Part shown: positions 18,845 through 27,854 of the stretch, piece by piece
Numbering within the stretch: the stretch's first letter is position 1
Layout of the letters: each line of letters begins with the position of its first letter
Virus genome (UHGV): UHGV-0161432
Direction: 5' to 3' (one strand)
Source: a virus
DNA length: 32,622 nt
Made by a program: the position numbers and the translations under genes
The notes under the pieces: generated by a model
The model's database searches: none
What the model saw: the letters and a program-made list of their open reading frames with translations, nothing else
What the model was told of the DNA's origin: nothing

Positions 18845-19746
18845 TTATGGCTATTATCATGCACCCGCTTACCGCGAAGAACGGTTCCCCGGAGTATACG
18901 GCGGACGATTACAGGCACGCCATTAATCCTCTATTGGTACCGTCCGATGGTACCGTGTTCAACGGTTTGTCTGGCATTCGTTACGGTTCCCCGGTTCCTC
19001 TGGTCACGGTGAGCGGTCTGACTGTTACGGTCAACCCTCATTGCGGTACCATCAGCCCGTGGGATGGTTTGGGCGCGTACACCTACGCCATAACCACCTA
19101 TACGAAAGTGCAGTTGGCGGACTCCACCAACAGTTACAAGATCGCGGTGACTGTTGAAGACCCGTCTCAGTCGCATGGTACGACTCCACGCGGCAAACTC
19201 GAAGTGTTCACCGCTGGCACTCCTGACTCGAATATCAATGGTCTGGTGATTGCCGAGGTTAACGCCGGTGTCGCGTCGGACGTGGCTCCGATTATTCGTA
19301 ATAACGCGGTGCTGATGGCGCGTGATCTTGAGCAGCTTAACACTTTTACCGCGATGAACGGGCAGGAGGCTGTAACGATTGCCGATAATGCTCATTATGT
19401 CATGGAGCTCGGCACATGGAAGCCGGTTTTTGAAACCGTGAGTGAGTCATGGAGTGGCGGAAAGATAACCGTCATCTACGGAGAATCATCGTGCGCGGTT
19501 CAAGTGACTTCCGTGAAAATTGGTTCCGGTTCGTGGGATTCGGCTCAATGGGGTAAGACGATTAGGAAGGCGTACCGTCCGCAAGTCGAGATGTCGAACC
19601 CGTTGATGGTGTCTAACGGCGCAAGCCATACTGGCTTTCTCGTGGTATCCACTAACGGGACTGTCAGTGTGAAGAATATGGGTGCAAGCGGTTCTGGCGA
19701 TGTTCGTAGTGGCAGCGTGTGCTGGCCGGTGCCGAGGCAGTACTGA
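18841..19746 (+). CDS. Minor tail protein
   Basis: Tail module position; beta-rich; SD GGAGG. Confidence 0.7.
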   Translation: MIMAIIMHPLTAKNGSPEYTADDYRHAINPLLVPSDGTVFNGLSGIRYGSPVPLVTVSGLTVTVNPHCGTISPWDGLGAYTYAITTYTKVQLADSTNSYKIAVTVEDPSQSHGTTPRGKLEVFTAGTPDSNINGLVIAEVNAGVASDVAPIIRNNAVLMARDLEQLNTFTAMNGQEAVTIADNAHYVMELGTWKPVFETVSESWSGGKITVIYGESSCAVQVTSVKIGSGSWDSAQWGKTIRKAYRPQVEMSNPLMVSNGASHTGFLVVSTNGTVSVKNMGASGSGDVRSGSVCWPVPRQY

Positions 19747-19828
19747 GTTGCGCCGATACCGCAGGCATCACGTATCCAATTAAGGCTGAACATAATGCGT
19801 ATTATCGTCACTGTCTAAAATAGAGACT

Positions 19829-20197
19829 ATGACTGATATTCTCACTGCAATCATCGGCGTAGGCGGCGTGGCTCTCGGAGGACTCATAACATGGCTAGCC
19901 AACCGTAGGTCAGACCTCACCAGCGCATATCAGGCACTAGTCTCAGCGCAAGGGAACATGAAACAGCAGATAGACGCCCAAGACCAGAAAATAAACGCGC
20001 TAATCAAGAACAGGGATGCTCTGCAATACACCATTGACTTGGAGACGGGCTATATTCGCGCGTTGGGCCACTGGCTGTCACAATTCTGCGAGATTATCGA
20101 ACCTGAATTTTTGGAGAATCATCCTAAACCGTCGTTGCCTGATGAGCTACGCGACCGGATCGCGTCCCTTGAGGAACTGGCCGGAGATAACGACTAA
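19829..20197 (+). CDS. Membrane-anchored coiled-coil protein of lysis module (holin-like), leaderless
   Basis: N-terminal TM helix plus coiled coil; TAAAAT 7 nt before ATG. Confidence 0.65.
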   Translation: MTDILTAIIGVGGVALGGLITWLANRRSDLTSAYQALVSAQGNMKQQIDAQDQKINALIKNRDALQYTIDLETGYIRALGHWLSQFCEIIEPEFLENHPKPSLPDELRDRIASLEELAGDND

Positions 20198-20299
20198 ACG
20201 TAGCCGCAGCGTATGGGTGGATCACTACGTTCTTCTGTTTCTACGCTCCGTTACTTTGTACATAATGGACATTATCGGCCCAGTTGATATACTTGAATC

Positions 20300-20443
20300 A
20301 TGCGCCGAACCGAACTCATAGCCCTGATACTCCTAGCAATCGTACTGGTCAGCGCTATAGTGCTGGGAGCATACGCTATCATCATCAACGCCGCCAATCT
20401 TCTCAAGCTTTTCATCATGGTTTGGTACGCGCTGACATTTTGA
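20300..20443 (+). CDS. Small hydrophobic membrane protein (47 aa), not in ORF track
   Basis: MRRTELIALILLAIVLVSAIVLGAYAIIINAANLLKLFIMVWYALTF; TATACT 6 nt before ATG; ends just before the endolysin RBS. Confidence 0.6.
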   Translation: MRRTELIALILLAIVLVSAIVLGAYAIIINAANLLKLFIMVWYALTF

Positions 20444-20455
20444 AAGGAGAAAACA

Positions 20456-21247
20456 ATGACCTATCAGGATATTACTCAGTACAACAGTCCCAACTACACT
20501 AGCGGACGCCCCTACGGCATCCACTACATCGTCATCCACTGGTGGGATGACCCGAGCAATCACCCCATGTTCGAGGCAGTTATCAACACCCTGTGCGACC
20601 CGAACCGTGGCGCGTCCGCACACTACATCGCGGAAGCCGGTCGTGTGGCCTGCATCGTTGATCCTGACAACCGAGCTTGGCACGCTGGTGACGGCGTGAA
20701 CGTCGGCTCGAAGGGCAACGACCAAGGTATCGGCATCGAATGCAACCCACGCCAGTCGGACGGCGATTACGAGACAATTGCCGAACTGATTCGTAACATC
20801 CGCGCAGTATACGGCGACCTGCCGCTTATCCGTCATCGTGACTGTTCCGCGACCCAGTGCCCCGGCACCTATGATCTCGACCGACTCGATAAACTGGCGC
20901 GTGGCATGACCGATCCCGCTCCTGCTCCGTCTACTCCGGCGTCTGGCACGTATACGGTTCAGTCCGGTGACACGTTGAGTGGTATCGCAGCCCAGTACGG
21001 GACTTCGTGGCAGACCATCCAGCAGCTTAACGGCATTGCAGACCCGAATCTGATTTATCCGGGTCAGGTGTTGAAACTGCCGGGCGGCGCACCGGCACCG
21101 TCCGTTACAACGTACACTATCCAGCCCGGTGACACGTTGAGTGGTATCGCCGCCAAGTACGGGACCAGTGTTTCCAGTCTGGTGGCGTTGAATGGTATCG
21201 CTAATCCTGATGTGATCTACGCGGGCCAAACGATTCGCGTCAAGTAG
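20456..21247 (+). CDS. Endolysin: N-acetylmuramoyl-L-alanine amidase (Amidase_2) plus two LysM domains
   Basis: [31 protein letters not shown]; two YTV/[17 protein letters not shown] repeats. Confidence 0.95.
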   Translation: MTYQDITQYNSPNYTSGRPYGIHYIVIHWWDDPSNHPMFEAVINTLCDPNRGASAHYIAEAGRVACIVDPDNRAWHAGDGVNVGSKGNDQGIGIECNPRQSDGDYETIAELIRNIRAVYGDLPLIRHRDCSATQCPGTYDLDRLDKLARGMTDPAPAPSTPASGTYTVQSGDTLSGIAAQYGTSWQTIQQLNGIADPNLIYPGQVLKLPGGAPAPSVTTYTIQPGDTLSGIAAKYGTSVSSLVALNGIANPDVIYAGQTIRVK

Positions 21248-21269
21248 ACTATACGTTAGGAGGTTTGTT

Positions 21270-21545
21270 ATGAGTATTGATACTGGTGAACCGGTCAAGG
21301 ACACCGTGATTACCAACGAGGTGCCGGACGGTAATGATGATTACGTTCCGACGTTCAACGCTGCGACTCGTAAGTGGGCGTATCTGGTTTCCGGTCTGGT
21401 TGGTATCGCCGGTGCGGTGCTGAGTTTCGTGAGCGCCGTGCCGGACGTGCCGTCATGGATTGCCGTAATGGGTGGCGCTTGCGCTCTGGTCGGCTCCGGC
21501 GTTGCCGGAATGTTCGGCGTCCACTACGCAGGCATCTCCAAGTGA
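21270..21545 (+). CDS. Holin (two TM helices)
   Basis: Directly after endolysin; RKWAY followed by two hydrophobic helices; SD AGGAGG. Confidence 0.75.
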   Translation: MSIDTGEPVKDTVITNEVPDGNDDYVPTFNAATRKWAYLVSGLVGIAGAVLSFVSAVPDVPSWIAVMGGACALVGSGVAGMFGVHYAGISK

Positions 21546-21552
21546 GGTAATA

Positions 21553-23601
21553 ATGACAATCGCATCCGACTTGTTCCGCACTATCACCGTCAAGATCAAC
21601 GACATCAGTCAGCAACTCCCGTACATCGTTGTCAATCAGGCGGACGATAACGGCAAAATTATCCGTTTCGTCCCCTTGGATCACGGGCAGAAGGTCACTG
21701 GGTTCACTGGGGCGCGCTTGTATTATCCGCCGCGTTCTGACCATGAGTATGGTGATTACGTGACCGGTGTTGAGTCTGACGGTGCTTGGGACTTCACGAT
21801 TCCCGTGGGAGCCTTGAGTGCGGGACGAGTCGAATGCAACCTCGCTTTTATTGATGGGGATGGTGAAACGTATTCCCGTAATGTCGTGTTTCTTGTCGAA
21901 CCGGCAGTGTCGGGTGTTTTCGACCCGGTGGATGGTCAGCAGACCCGTCTAGATAAGATTGTCGGCACTGTGCAGACTGCCGCGGATACGGCTATCGGCA
22001 GCATCAATCAAACCGCTGATAGCGCGGTGGCAAGCGTTAACAAAACCGCTAGTGACGCTGTGGAGAGCATCGGTAAGGCTGAGGAATCCATTAACAAGAG
22101 TGTGACGGATGCGCGTGGTTCCGCCGAGGCCGCAGCGAACAGTGAACAACAGGCGGCTGCTTCCGCAAGCGCGGCGCAAACCAGTGAACGGAACGCCGCC
22201 AATAGTGCCACGCAAGCCTCGCAGTCCGCTACGGCGGCGAAGCAAAGCGAGGATAACGCGGCAGAGAGCGCACGTAACGCCGCATCGAGCGAACGTAACG
22301 CCGCATCGAGCGCCGAATAGGCTGCTAATATTGTCGCGTCCGTTTCCGGTTCTGTCACTCAGGCCGAAAACGCCGCGCAGTCGGCTTCGCAATTAGCGGC
22401 GTCTGCGGCTGGTAGTGCGAGTGTTGCCGGTGGGAACGCTCAAGCCGCTGCGGATAGTGCGAGCAAAGCCGGGGAGAGCGCGAACGCTGCGGGAACTGCG
22501 GAACGCAACGCCGCTTCGAGTGCCGCTCAGGCCGCTCAGAGCGCCACAGCGGCCGCACAATCCGCTTCCGACGCTCAGAATGCCGTTGACGGTTTCGGTT
22601 TACAAGTCGGTACGACGACCACGGGCGATTCGGGTACGGATGCCGTGGTTGAGATTCAGAAGGCCGGCACCAAGTATACGGCGAACTTCACTATTCCTCG
22701 CGGCGATGTCGGGCCTGCTGGCGTGAACGAAAACGTGCCGCTCGGCTTGACCTCCGGCGTCGTGGCTCAGGCGAAGGATGCGTATCCGGCGCTGCCGCGC
22801 AAGGTACAGGTGCATGGAGCGACTTCGGGAGGTAATTCCGTCGAACCGGAGAAATTGACGATACTCGGCGAAAACCTATTGGATCTATCATTTATTGTCG
22901 CTAATGATGACGCACAAGTATCCGGTGATGAAGTTGTATTCAAAGTATACGTTGACGGACAAAACGACTCGTACACATGGAATGATGTAACGAACAACTC
23001 TTATCCGGCTGGTAAAGAATATCTTATCCCGGTTATTCCTAATTCGCGCCTCCACTTCAAAGCCGAAACAAGCGAACCTATTGATTCATCGTCGATTATT
23101 GCATTTTACGGGTCGGCATATAATCTCGTGCAAAGCTTTATAAGACCGAATGTCTCAGGGAATATCCAATCACTTGATTTCGATGTTCCCAGCGGTGCCG
23201 CTTTCATCAGCGTAAGACTCGGCGTAAGGGATGCGGAGCAGGATGTTACGATAATCATGCGGAATATCTGCCTGTCGTACACCGACATCGAGTATGTGCC
23301 ACCTGAGAAAATCGAGACAAATCTGCCGTCCGATATCAGTCTTGTTGACGGCGATACGCTCGCCATCGACCGTGACGGTACGACGAGGATTCTCCACGCG
23401 GAAGGCGAGCCGACCGTGCTGGAGAACGTGACTCTGCCGGAACTTCCCGCTCCGACGTTCAACATGTATACGACCGGAGGGAACATTCAGCCGACGGTGG
23501 ACGTGGATTACGAGCGGGACATCAACATTGTCATTAATGAGCTCGAACAAGCAGTGTCGGTACAGGCCGCGACGATGAAAGTAAACCAACTCACCGACTA
23601 A
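21553..23601 (+). CDS. Tail fibre/receptor-binding protein (BppU-like N-terminus, Ala/Ser coiled stalk, C-terminal head) interrupted by an in-frame TAG at 22318-22320
   Basis: Track ORFs 21472..22320 and 22645..23601 share a frame. 22321-22644 has no stop and continues the same A/S-rich repeats (682 aa if read through). Confidence 0.8.
22272..22312 (+). repeat. 21-nt-period tandem duplication ACGTAACGCCGCATCGAGCG in the fibre stalk
   Basis: Copies at 22272-22291 and 22293-22312. Confidence 0.9.
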
Positions 23602-23613
23602 GGAGTATAACCA

Positions 23614-24039
23614 ATGTTCGCAACATTCCAAACCATCATCAACGCCGGAGGCTACGACCTCGCAGACCTCACCGAGCGCATCAAGACCATGTATGCGACG
23701 GGCGAACTCACCGAGGAGGAGATGAAGCAGCTCCTCGGACAGGCACAGGACAACGCCAAGCCCGACGATTCCTACGCCCCGTTGGTCGACCGTGTGAAGG
23801 CCATTGAGGAATGGGAGACGACCGTCGAGAAGCGTTTAAGCAAACTGGAAACCGGTTCGTTGACCGGCACCGAGGAACCAGCCGACGAGTGGCCCGAGTA
23901 CGTGCAGCCGACGGGAGCGCACGACGCCTACCACGTGGGCGACAAAATCGCCTACAACGGGAAGCACTACACGTGTGTGATGGACGGCTGTGTGTGGACT
24001 CCTGATACTTACCCGCAGGGGTGGCGTGAGGAAGCGTGA
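23614..24039 (+). CDS. Tail-associated protein with C-terminal CBM5/12-like (chitin-binding-type) domain
   Basis: WPEYVQPTGAHDAYHVGDKIAYNGKHYTC...WTPDTYPQGW. Confidence 0.8.
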   Translation: MFATFQTIINAGGYDLADLTERIKTMYATGELTEEEMKQLLGQAQDNAKPDDSYAPLVDRVKAIEEWETTVEKRLSKLETGSLTGTEEPADEWPEYVQPTGAHDAYHVGDKIAYNGKHYTCVMDGCVWTPDTYPQGWREEA

Positions 24040-24059
24040 AACGCCTCTATTCAAAGTGG

Positions 24060-24157
24060 TAGACTGGTGTTGCTCCTTTCGAGCGATGGTGTGATGACCA
24101 ATTGAATTAGCCCGGCACTGGTCTTGATGACTGGTGTCGGGCTGATTCTTTTTTTTT
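24060..24157 (+). ncRNA. Candidate sRNA with anti-SD hairpin, from its -10 box to the terminator
   Basis: TAGACT (24060-24065); GCTC-CTTTC-GAGC hairpin; sequence complementary to early gene leaders; intrinsic terminator at the 3' end. Confidence 0.5.
24105..24157 (+). terminator. Rho-independent terminator at the convergence of the two genome arms
   Basis: AATTAGCCCGGCACTGGTC-TTGAT-GACTGGTGTCGGGCTGATT followed by C and T9. Confidence 0.9.
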
Positions 24158-24485
24158 AGTTGGTTAAGAGCAATTTTTTGTCTCGGTATTCGCTGAATAC
24201 CGGAACGTTTTCTGGGTGGTCGTTGTAGGCGCTGACCAGCCAACCGTTCTCATACGATTCTTTCGGATGCTGGTGGATACGCCCGTGGCATCCCATTGTT
24301 CCCGACCCGCACACGGTAATCAGGTTGCTGGGTAGGTTCAATCCTTCCCAAGCGTGGGAGCGCATACGCCTATGATGCAGGTTGAACGCGGAGGCGCTTA
24401 ACGTTTTCCCGCAGATGAAGCATCTGCCGTGGTCTCGGTGGAACACCTTCATACGGGTTTCGATGTCAGGATCGGTCTTGCTCAT
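24156..24485 (-). CDS. HNH endonuclease
   Basis: RDHGRCFICG...HHRRMRS...NLITVCGSGTMGCHGRIH. Confidence 0.9.
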   Translation of the reverse strand: MSKTDPDIETRMKVFHRDHGRCFICGKTLSASAFNLHHRRMRSHAWEGLNLPSNLITVCGSGTMGCHGRIHQHPKESYENGWLVSAYNDHPENVPVFSEYRDKKLLLTN

Positions 24486-24789
24486 CGAACACTCCCGTGC
24501 AGTGGAAGAAATACAGATTAACCGGAGCGACCAGACGGAACGTGTATTGTTTCGAATTCCCGAATTCTGATTCGCGTATTGGTGTGGTTTCCACTGGTGT
24601 GGTTTCCACTCCTTCGATACTGTTGAGGACTTCGTGGACTCGTAGGAGCGAGTCGGGGTCTTTGAAGCCTATCTGTCCGAACGTGAGTTCCTGCCCGAGT
24701 CCTTGGTTGTCGATGATTTGTTGGAGTTCCGGTTTCTTCAGTAGGAGGTTGATGATTGAGGTCAGGTAGTGAACGGTGTCGTTTTCCAT
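24466..24789 (-). CDS. Hypothetical protein (MENDTVHYL...)
   Basis: Strong SD AAAGGAG before ATG 24789. Confidence 0.75.
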   Translation of the reverse strand: MENDTVHYLTSIINLLLKKPELQQIIDNQGLGQELTFGQIGFKDPDSLLRVHEVLNSIEGVETTPVETTPIRESEFGNSKQYTFRLVAPVNLYFFHCTGVFDEQDRS

Positions 24790-24836
24790 TGTTGCTCCTT
24801 TGGTGTGATGATGATTGGGGTTAATGGTGCAGACTT

Positions 24837-25166
24837 CTAGTCTTTCGCCAGAATGTCGTAGCCGAGTTGTTCGGCCAATCGCATCCGGTATTGTTTTTGT
24901 GGTTTGCGGCGTCCGGTTTCCCACATGGCGACCACGTTTGGACTGGCGACGCCGATTCGTTCGGCTAGTTCCGCTTGTGAATACCCGTGGCGTAGCCGCC
25001 AGTATTTGATGCACTGGCCGATGGTCACCATGTCGCTGATGTTCGCGTAGTCAATGGGAATGTTGCCAACGTTCTGCCGTGTGAAGAACTGGCCGGTCTG
25101 ACTGTCCTGTTCCACGGTGACTTCTTGACCGTTGATTACGGTTTTGATCTTGTTTTGCTTGCGCAT
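24837..25166 (-). CDS. XRE-family HTH transcriptional regulator
   Basis: IKYWRLRHGYSQAELAERIGVASPNVVAMWETGRRKP; SD GGGAGG. Confidence 0.9.
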   Translation of the reverse strand: MRKQNKIKTVINGQEVTVEQDSQTGQFFTRQNVGNIPIDYANISDMVTIGQCIKYWRLRHGYSQAELAERIGVASPNVVAMWETGRRKPQKQYRMRLAEQLGYDILAKD

Positions 25167-25182
25167 GTTTCACCTCCCTACA

Positions 25183-25223
25183 ATGTGATATATATATTAT
25201 ATCACATGGTTTGTGTTTCGCCA
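25183..25223 (-). promoter_or_regulatory. Sigma-A promoter with overlapping palindromic operator
   Basis: TTGGCG-17-TATAAT on - strand; palindrome ATGTGATATA-TATAT-TATATCACAT (25183-25207). Confidence 0.8.
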
Positions 25224-25480
25224 AACAGTTCACTAATGGCTTCGCGCCCGTCGTCGGTCAGAGCGAACCGCCAGCAATGACGGTGCCGACTGTTCACACC
25301 CTCCCTATCGACACGGTACACATGACCGGAACGCTCAAGTTCGATCATGCGCGACCTCAATCCCTGCGGAGTATCGTCATACTTCGCCAAGACCGCCATC
25401 CGTTCGATTTCCTCATGGGTAAGAGGTCGCTTCGCCATCCAAAGAATCAACAGCACATGAACCTGTTGCAGGCCGAACAT
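25202..25480 (-). CDS. Winged-helix DNA-binding protein
   Basis: PLTHEEI...TPQGLRSRMIELERSGHVYRV...W.LT..GR. Confidence 0.7.
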   Translation of the reverse strand: MFGLQQVHVLLILWMAKRPLTHEEIERMAVLAKYDDTPQGLRSRMIELERSGHVYRVDREGVNSRHRHCWRFALTDDGREAISELFGETQTM

Positions 25481-25845
25481 TACGCCACCGTCGTTTCAGC
25501 GGAGTGGCGTAGGAACGCGGCAACACTAGCCGCCACCATCCACCCGGCCACCCACTTGACCCCGAACCGTATCCGGTTGATCTTGGCGGCCATCGCCCAC
25601 ACCGGGAGCGACACCCACGGGCTGAGACACCAGCCGCAGTAGGCGAGTTGTCCGAGACTATCCGCGTAATCCTTGGCCCACGTGGGGAGCGAACTGGGCA
25701 GGTTCTCGGTCTTTACGGTGAGCTTGCGGCGGAGCGCGGAGAACACGTAGCCGGGGCCGGGCGAGAGCTGTACGACGGTGGTCGCGTATCCCGACGTGAT
25801 TCCAGCGGAAAGCACAGCAGTCCACCAATTACCATCAGTCTTCAT
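25480..25845 (-). CDS. DUF1360-like membrane protein
   Basis: LGQLAYCGWCLSPWVS motif; hydrophobic segments; SD GAAAGGA. Confidence 0.7.
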   Translation of the reverse strand: MKTDGNWWTAVLSAGITSGYATTVVQLSPGPGYVFSALRRKLTVKTENLPSSLPTWAKDYADSLGQLAYCGWCLSPWVSLPVWAMAAKINRIRFGVKWVAGWMVAASVAAFLRHSAETTVA

Positions 25846-26173
25846 TGGTTTTCCTTTCCTCGTGGCGACGCCAACAGTTATACCGCTTGTCGTAATCCGC
25901 GTACATGGTTTCGTAAAGCTGCTTTGCCTCTTTGGTGGCTTCCTCGTATTTAAATCCGTGCTGTTGCAAGACGTATTGCGCGGCACTGACCCAGATGGAT
26001 CGGCGAACGTGTTGATACCAACGGTCGAACAGTTTGCCACACACTTTGTCGTGTTTATCGTCTCCGAGGAAGTCGGCAACGCTCTCCACCACGAACGTAC
26101 GAAGAGTGTTCACCGTGATACGGTTCCGGTCGAACAGTTCCAGCACATCGCTGGTGAGAGGGTCAGTGTTCAT
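25835..26173 (-). CDS. Hypothetical protein
   Basis: SD GAGGAGG; overlapping operon arrangement. Confidence 0.7.
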   Translation of the reverse strand: MNTDPLTSDVLELFDRNRITVNTLRTFVVESVADFLGDDKHDKVCGKLFDRWYQHVRRSIWVSAAQYVLQQHGFKYEEATKEAKQLYETMYADYDKRYNCWRRHEERKTNED

Positions 26174-26487
26174 TGGGTTCCTCCTCTTTTTTCGGTTTCG
26201 TCGTCGTCCGCTAGATAATCGGCTAGGCTGATGTCTTTCGGCGTGAGGTAGATTAATCCGTCCAGCAAGATCATCGGATAGCGCACGGTTACTCCTTGGT
26301 CTTTGGCGATGGCGCGTATCGCTCTGGCGGTGGGACTTCCCGACGGCACGACACGGAGCCTACGCCCCATCTGCTGTGCGTACACGCGGCACCCCACCAG
26401 ATAACCGGCGTCCTGCCAGTTGCACGTGGGACAACTTTCGAACAGGACGAACATGTCCCGGCTTTCCAAGATTGCCGTGGTCTTCAT
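26170..26487 (-). CDS. Thioredoxin/glutaredoxin-like protein
   Basis: CPTC near the N-terminus and YPMILLDG cis-Pro-like motif. Confidence 0.55.
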   Translation of the reverse strand: MKTTAILESRDMFVLFESCPTCNWQDAGYLVGCRVYAQQMGRRLRVVPSGSPTARAIRAIAKDQGVTVRYPMILLDGLIYLTPKDISLADYLADDDETEKRGGTQ

Positions 26488-27395
26488 CAGAACGTCACCC
26501 CCAGAGCGTCGGCCAGCACGTCGGAGATATGGAGCGTGGCCAACTGGCGACTCTTATGGTTCTCGATCTGTTCGGTGATGTCCTTGCGGTACACGGGGAT
26601 GACCTGATGGTGTGCGGCTCCTACAACGCGCGGGTCGAACATCGAGAAATACAGGACTTCCAGCGAATCGCACACCACGAAGTATTGGAGCACCTGCGCC
26701 TTGTACTGGTCTGGGATGAAGTCGAAGCCGGTAGCCTTGCTATCGAGTGTGTACTCCGGAAGCACCTGTTCGATGGCTTCGACCAGTTCGGGTTTCAGGT
26801 TGGCGATATGTGATCGCATGGCGTCGGTGTGCATCATCCACGGTACGACGGTCTGCAAATGGTAGGCTGAGCCGAGCGACTTGCATTCGATGGCCCACGT
26901 TGGCTTCTCAGTGTTCTCGTAGGCGTCTGGACTGCAAGCGATACGGTCGTCGTCGTCACTCTCCCAGATACCGCAGTCGGTGACGCAATCGCTGGGGTTG
27001 AAGCCAAGCGTTTTGAGCGTGATCTGGATATTTTCGGGTTCGAGACGGTGGCCGCGTTCCATCGGCGGTTCACCGTCCGCTGATTCGGCCCACAGTTCCG
27101 TTAGGAATTTCCAGAAGTCCACGCCGACCTTAAGCCGCTTGTTCTTTGTTTCGGCTTCGGTAATCTTGATGTCGTAGTTCTGAGCTTTGCCGTAATACTC
27201 ATTGGCTTTGTCGGGCGTCTTCGCTTTCTTCGCTTGTTCCAACGCCTTGTCTCGGTACTCTTTAAGTTTTTCTACGTCGGTCTGGGTGTAGTGTTCCAAG
27301 GCGAGCCCTCCGCTTTTGGTGCCGGTGATACGGCCCATGCGTTCGTTGAGCCATGCTTCGGTTTCGGTGGCTTGCGATACATTGATGATCTTCAT
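26487..27395 (-). CDS. YqaJ/lambda-type exonuclease
   Basis: WLNERMGRITGT, MERGHRLEP, ACSPDA, IECKS, YKAQVLQYF. Confidence 0.9.
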   Translation of the reverse strand: MKIINVSQATETEAWLNERMGRITGTKSGGLALEHYTQTDVEKLKEYRDKALEQAKKAKTPDKANEYYGKAQNYDIKITEAETKNKRLKVGVDFWKFLTELWAESADGEPPMERGHRLEPENIQITLKTLGFNPSDCVTDCGIWESDDDDRIACSPDAYENTEKPTWAIECKSLGSAYHLQTVVPWMMHTDAMRSHIANLKPELVEAIEQVLPEYTLDSKATGFDFIPDQYKAQVLQYFVVCDSLEVLYFSMFDPRVVGAAHHQVIPVYRKDITEQIENHKSRQLATLHISDVLADALGVTF

Positions 27396-27412
27396 TGTGG
27401 TTGTCCTTTCTG

Positions 27413-27604
27413 TTGGGTGTGGGCGGGTGATGAGTCCCGCCCAACCCAATGCCACGACAGAGTGATGTGTATGTAAACGCCGTGGCGGATATTTTGTTTT
27501 TTGTCGATATTCAGTTATGGTTCCCCGCCAGCCGACATGGTGAACGTGGATGTCCGCAAAAACATCCCAATGGTTTGTTTCGTTGGACTGTCGGCTGGTG
27601 GGAA
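27413..27604. other. Highly structured intergenic region (three hairpin domains)
   Basis: Inverted repeats at 27413-27449, 27451-27486 and a branched stem at 27521-27604. Confidence 0.65.
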
Positions 27605-27609
27605 GTCTT

Positions 27610-27834
27610 TTAGTCGCGTGGGGCGAACCGCACGATCAGCCATAGGCCGGTCAACAGGTAGATGACGCTCACAAGGACGGTCGCGGCCTGCGAGTCCGCC
27701 GTCCTCCACGTGAACAGCATGGTCATGCTGCTCACGAATCCGATGATGGCGAGCATGGTCTTGATGCGGCGGAGCGTGTAGTTCGGCTTCCTGACTTCGT
27801 GGTTGCTGTCGTGGTTGTTCTTCTGTTGATTCAT
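27610..27834 (-). CDS. Small two-TM membrane protein
   Basis: SD GGAGG; two hydrophobic helices. Confidence 0.7.
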   Translation of the reverse strand: MNQQKNNHDSNHEVRKPNYTLRRIKTMLAIIGFVSSMTMLFTWRTADSQAATVLVSVIYLLTGLWLIVRFAPRD

Positions 27835-27854
27835 TTCAGATCCTCCAGTTCATT

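Noticed and set aside
20965..21150. Direct repeat GGTGACACGTTGAGTGGTATCGC
   Set aside because: Explained by the two LysM domains of the endolysin.
22318..22320. Genome-wide TAG recoding (alternative genetic code)
   Set aside because: TAG is the natural stop of terL (6122), 11906, 12345, 18147 and endolysin (21247). Only one gene is interrupted, and the tRNA-like element is not a CUA suppressor.
21553..24039. Diversity-generating retroelement or invertase shufflon acting on the fibre
   Set aside because: No reverse transcriptase, recombinase, or template/variable repeat pair is visible.
24156..24485. HNH as an intron-encoded homing endonuclease
   Set aside because: Free-standing at the end of an operon, with no interrupted host gene.
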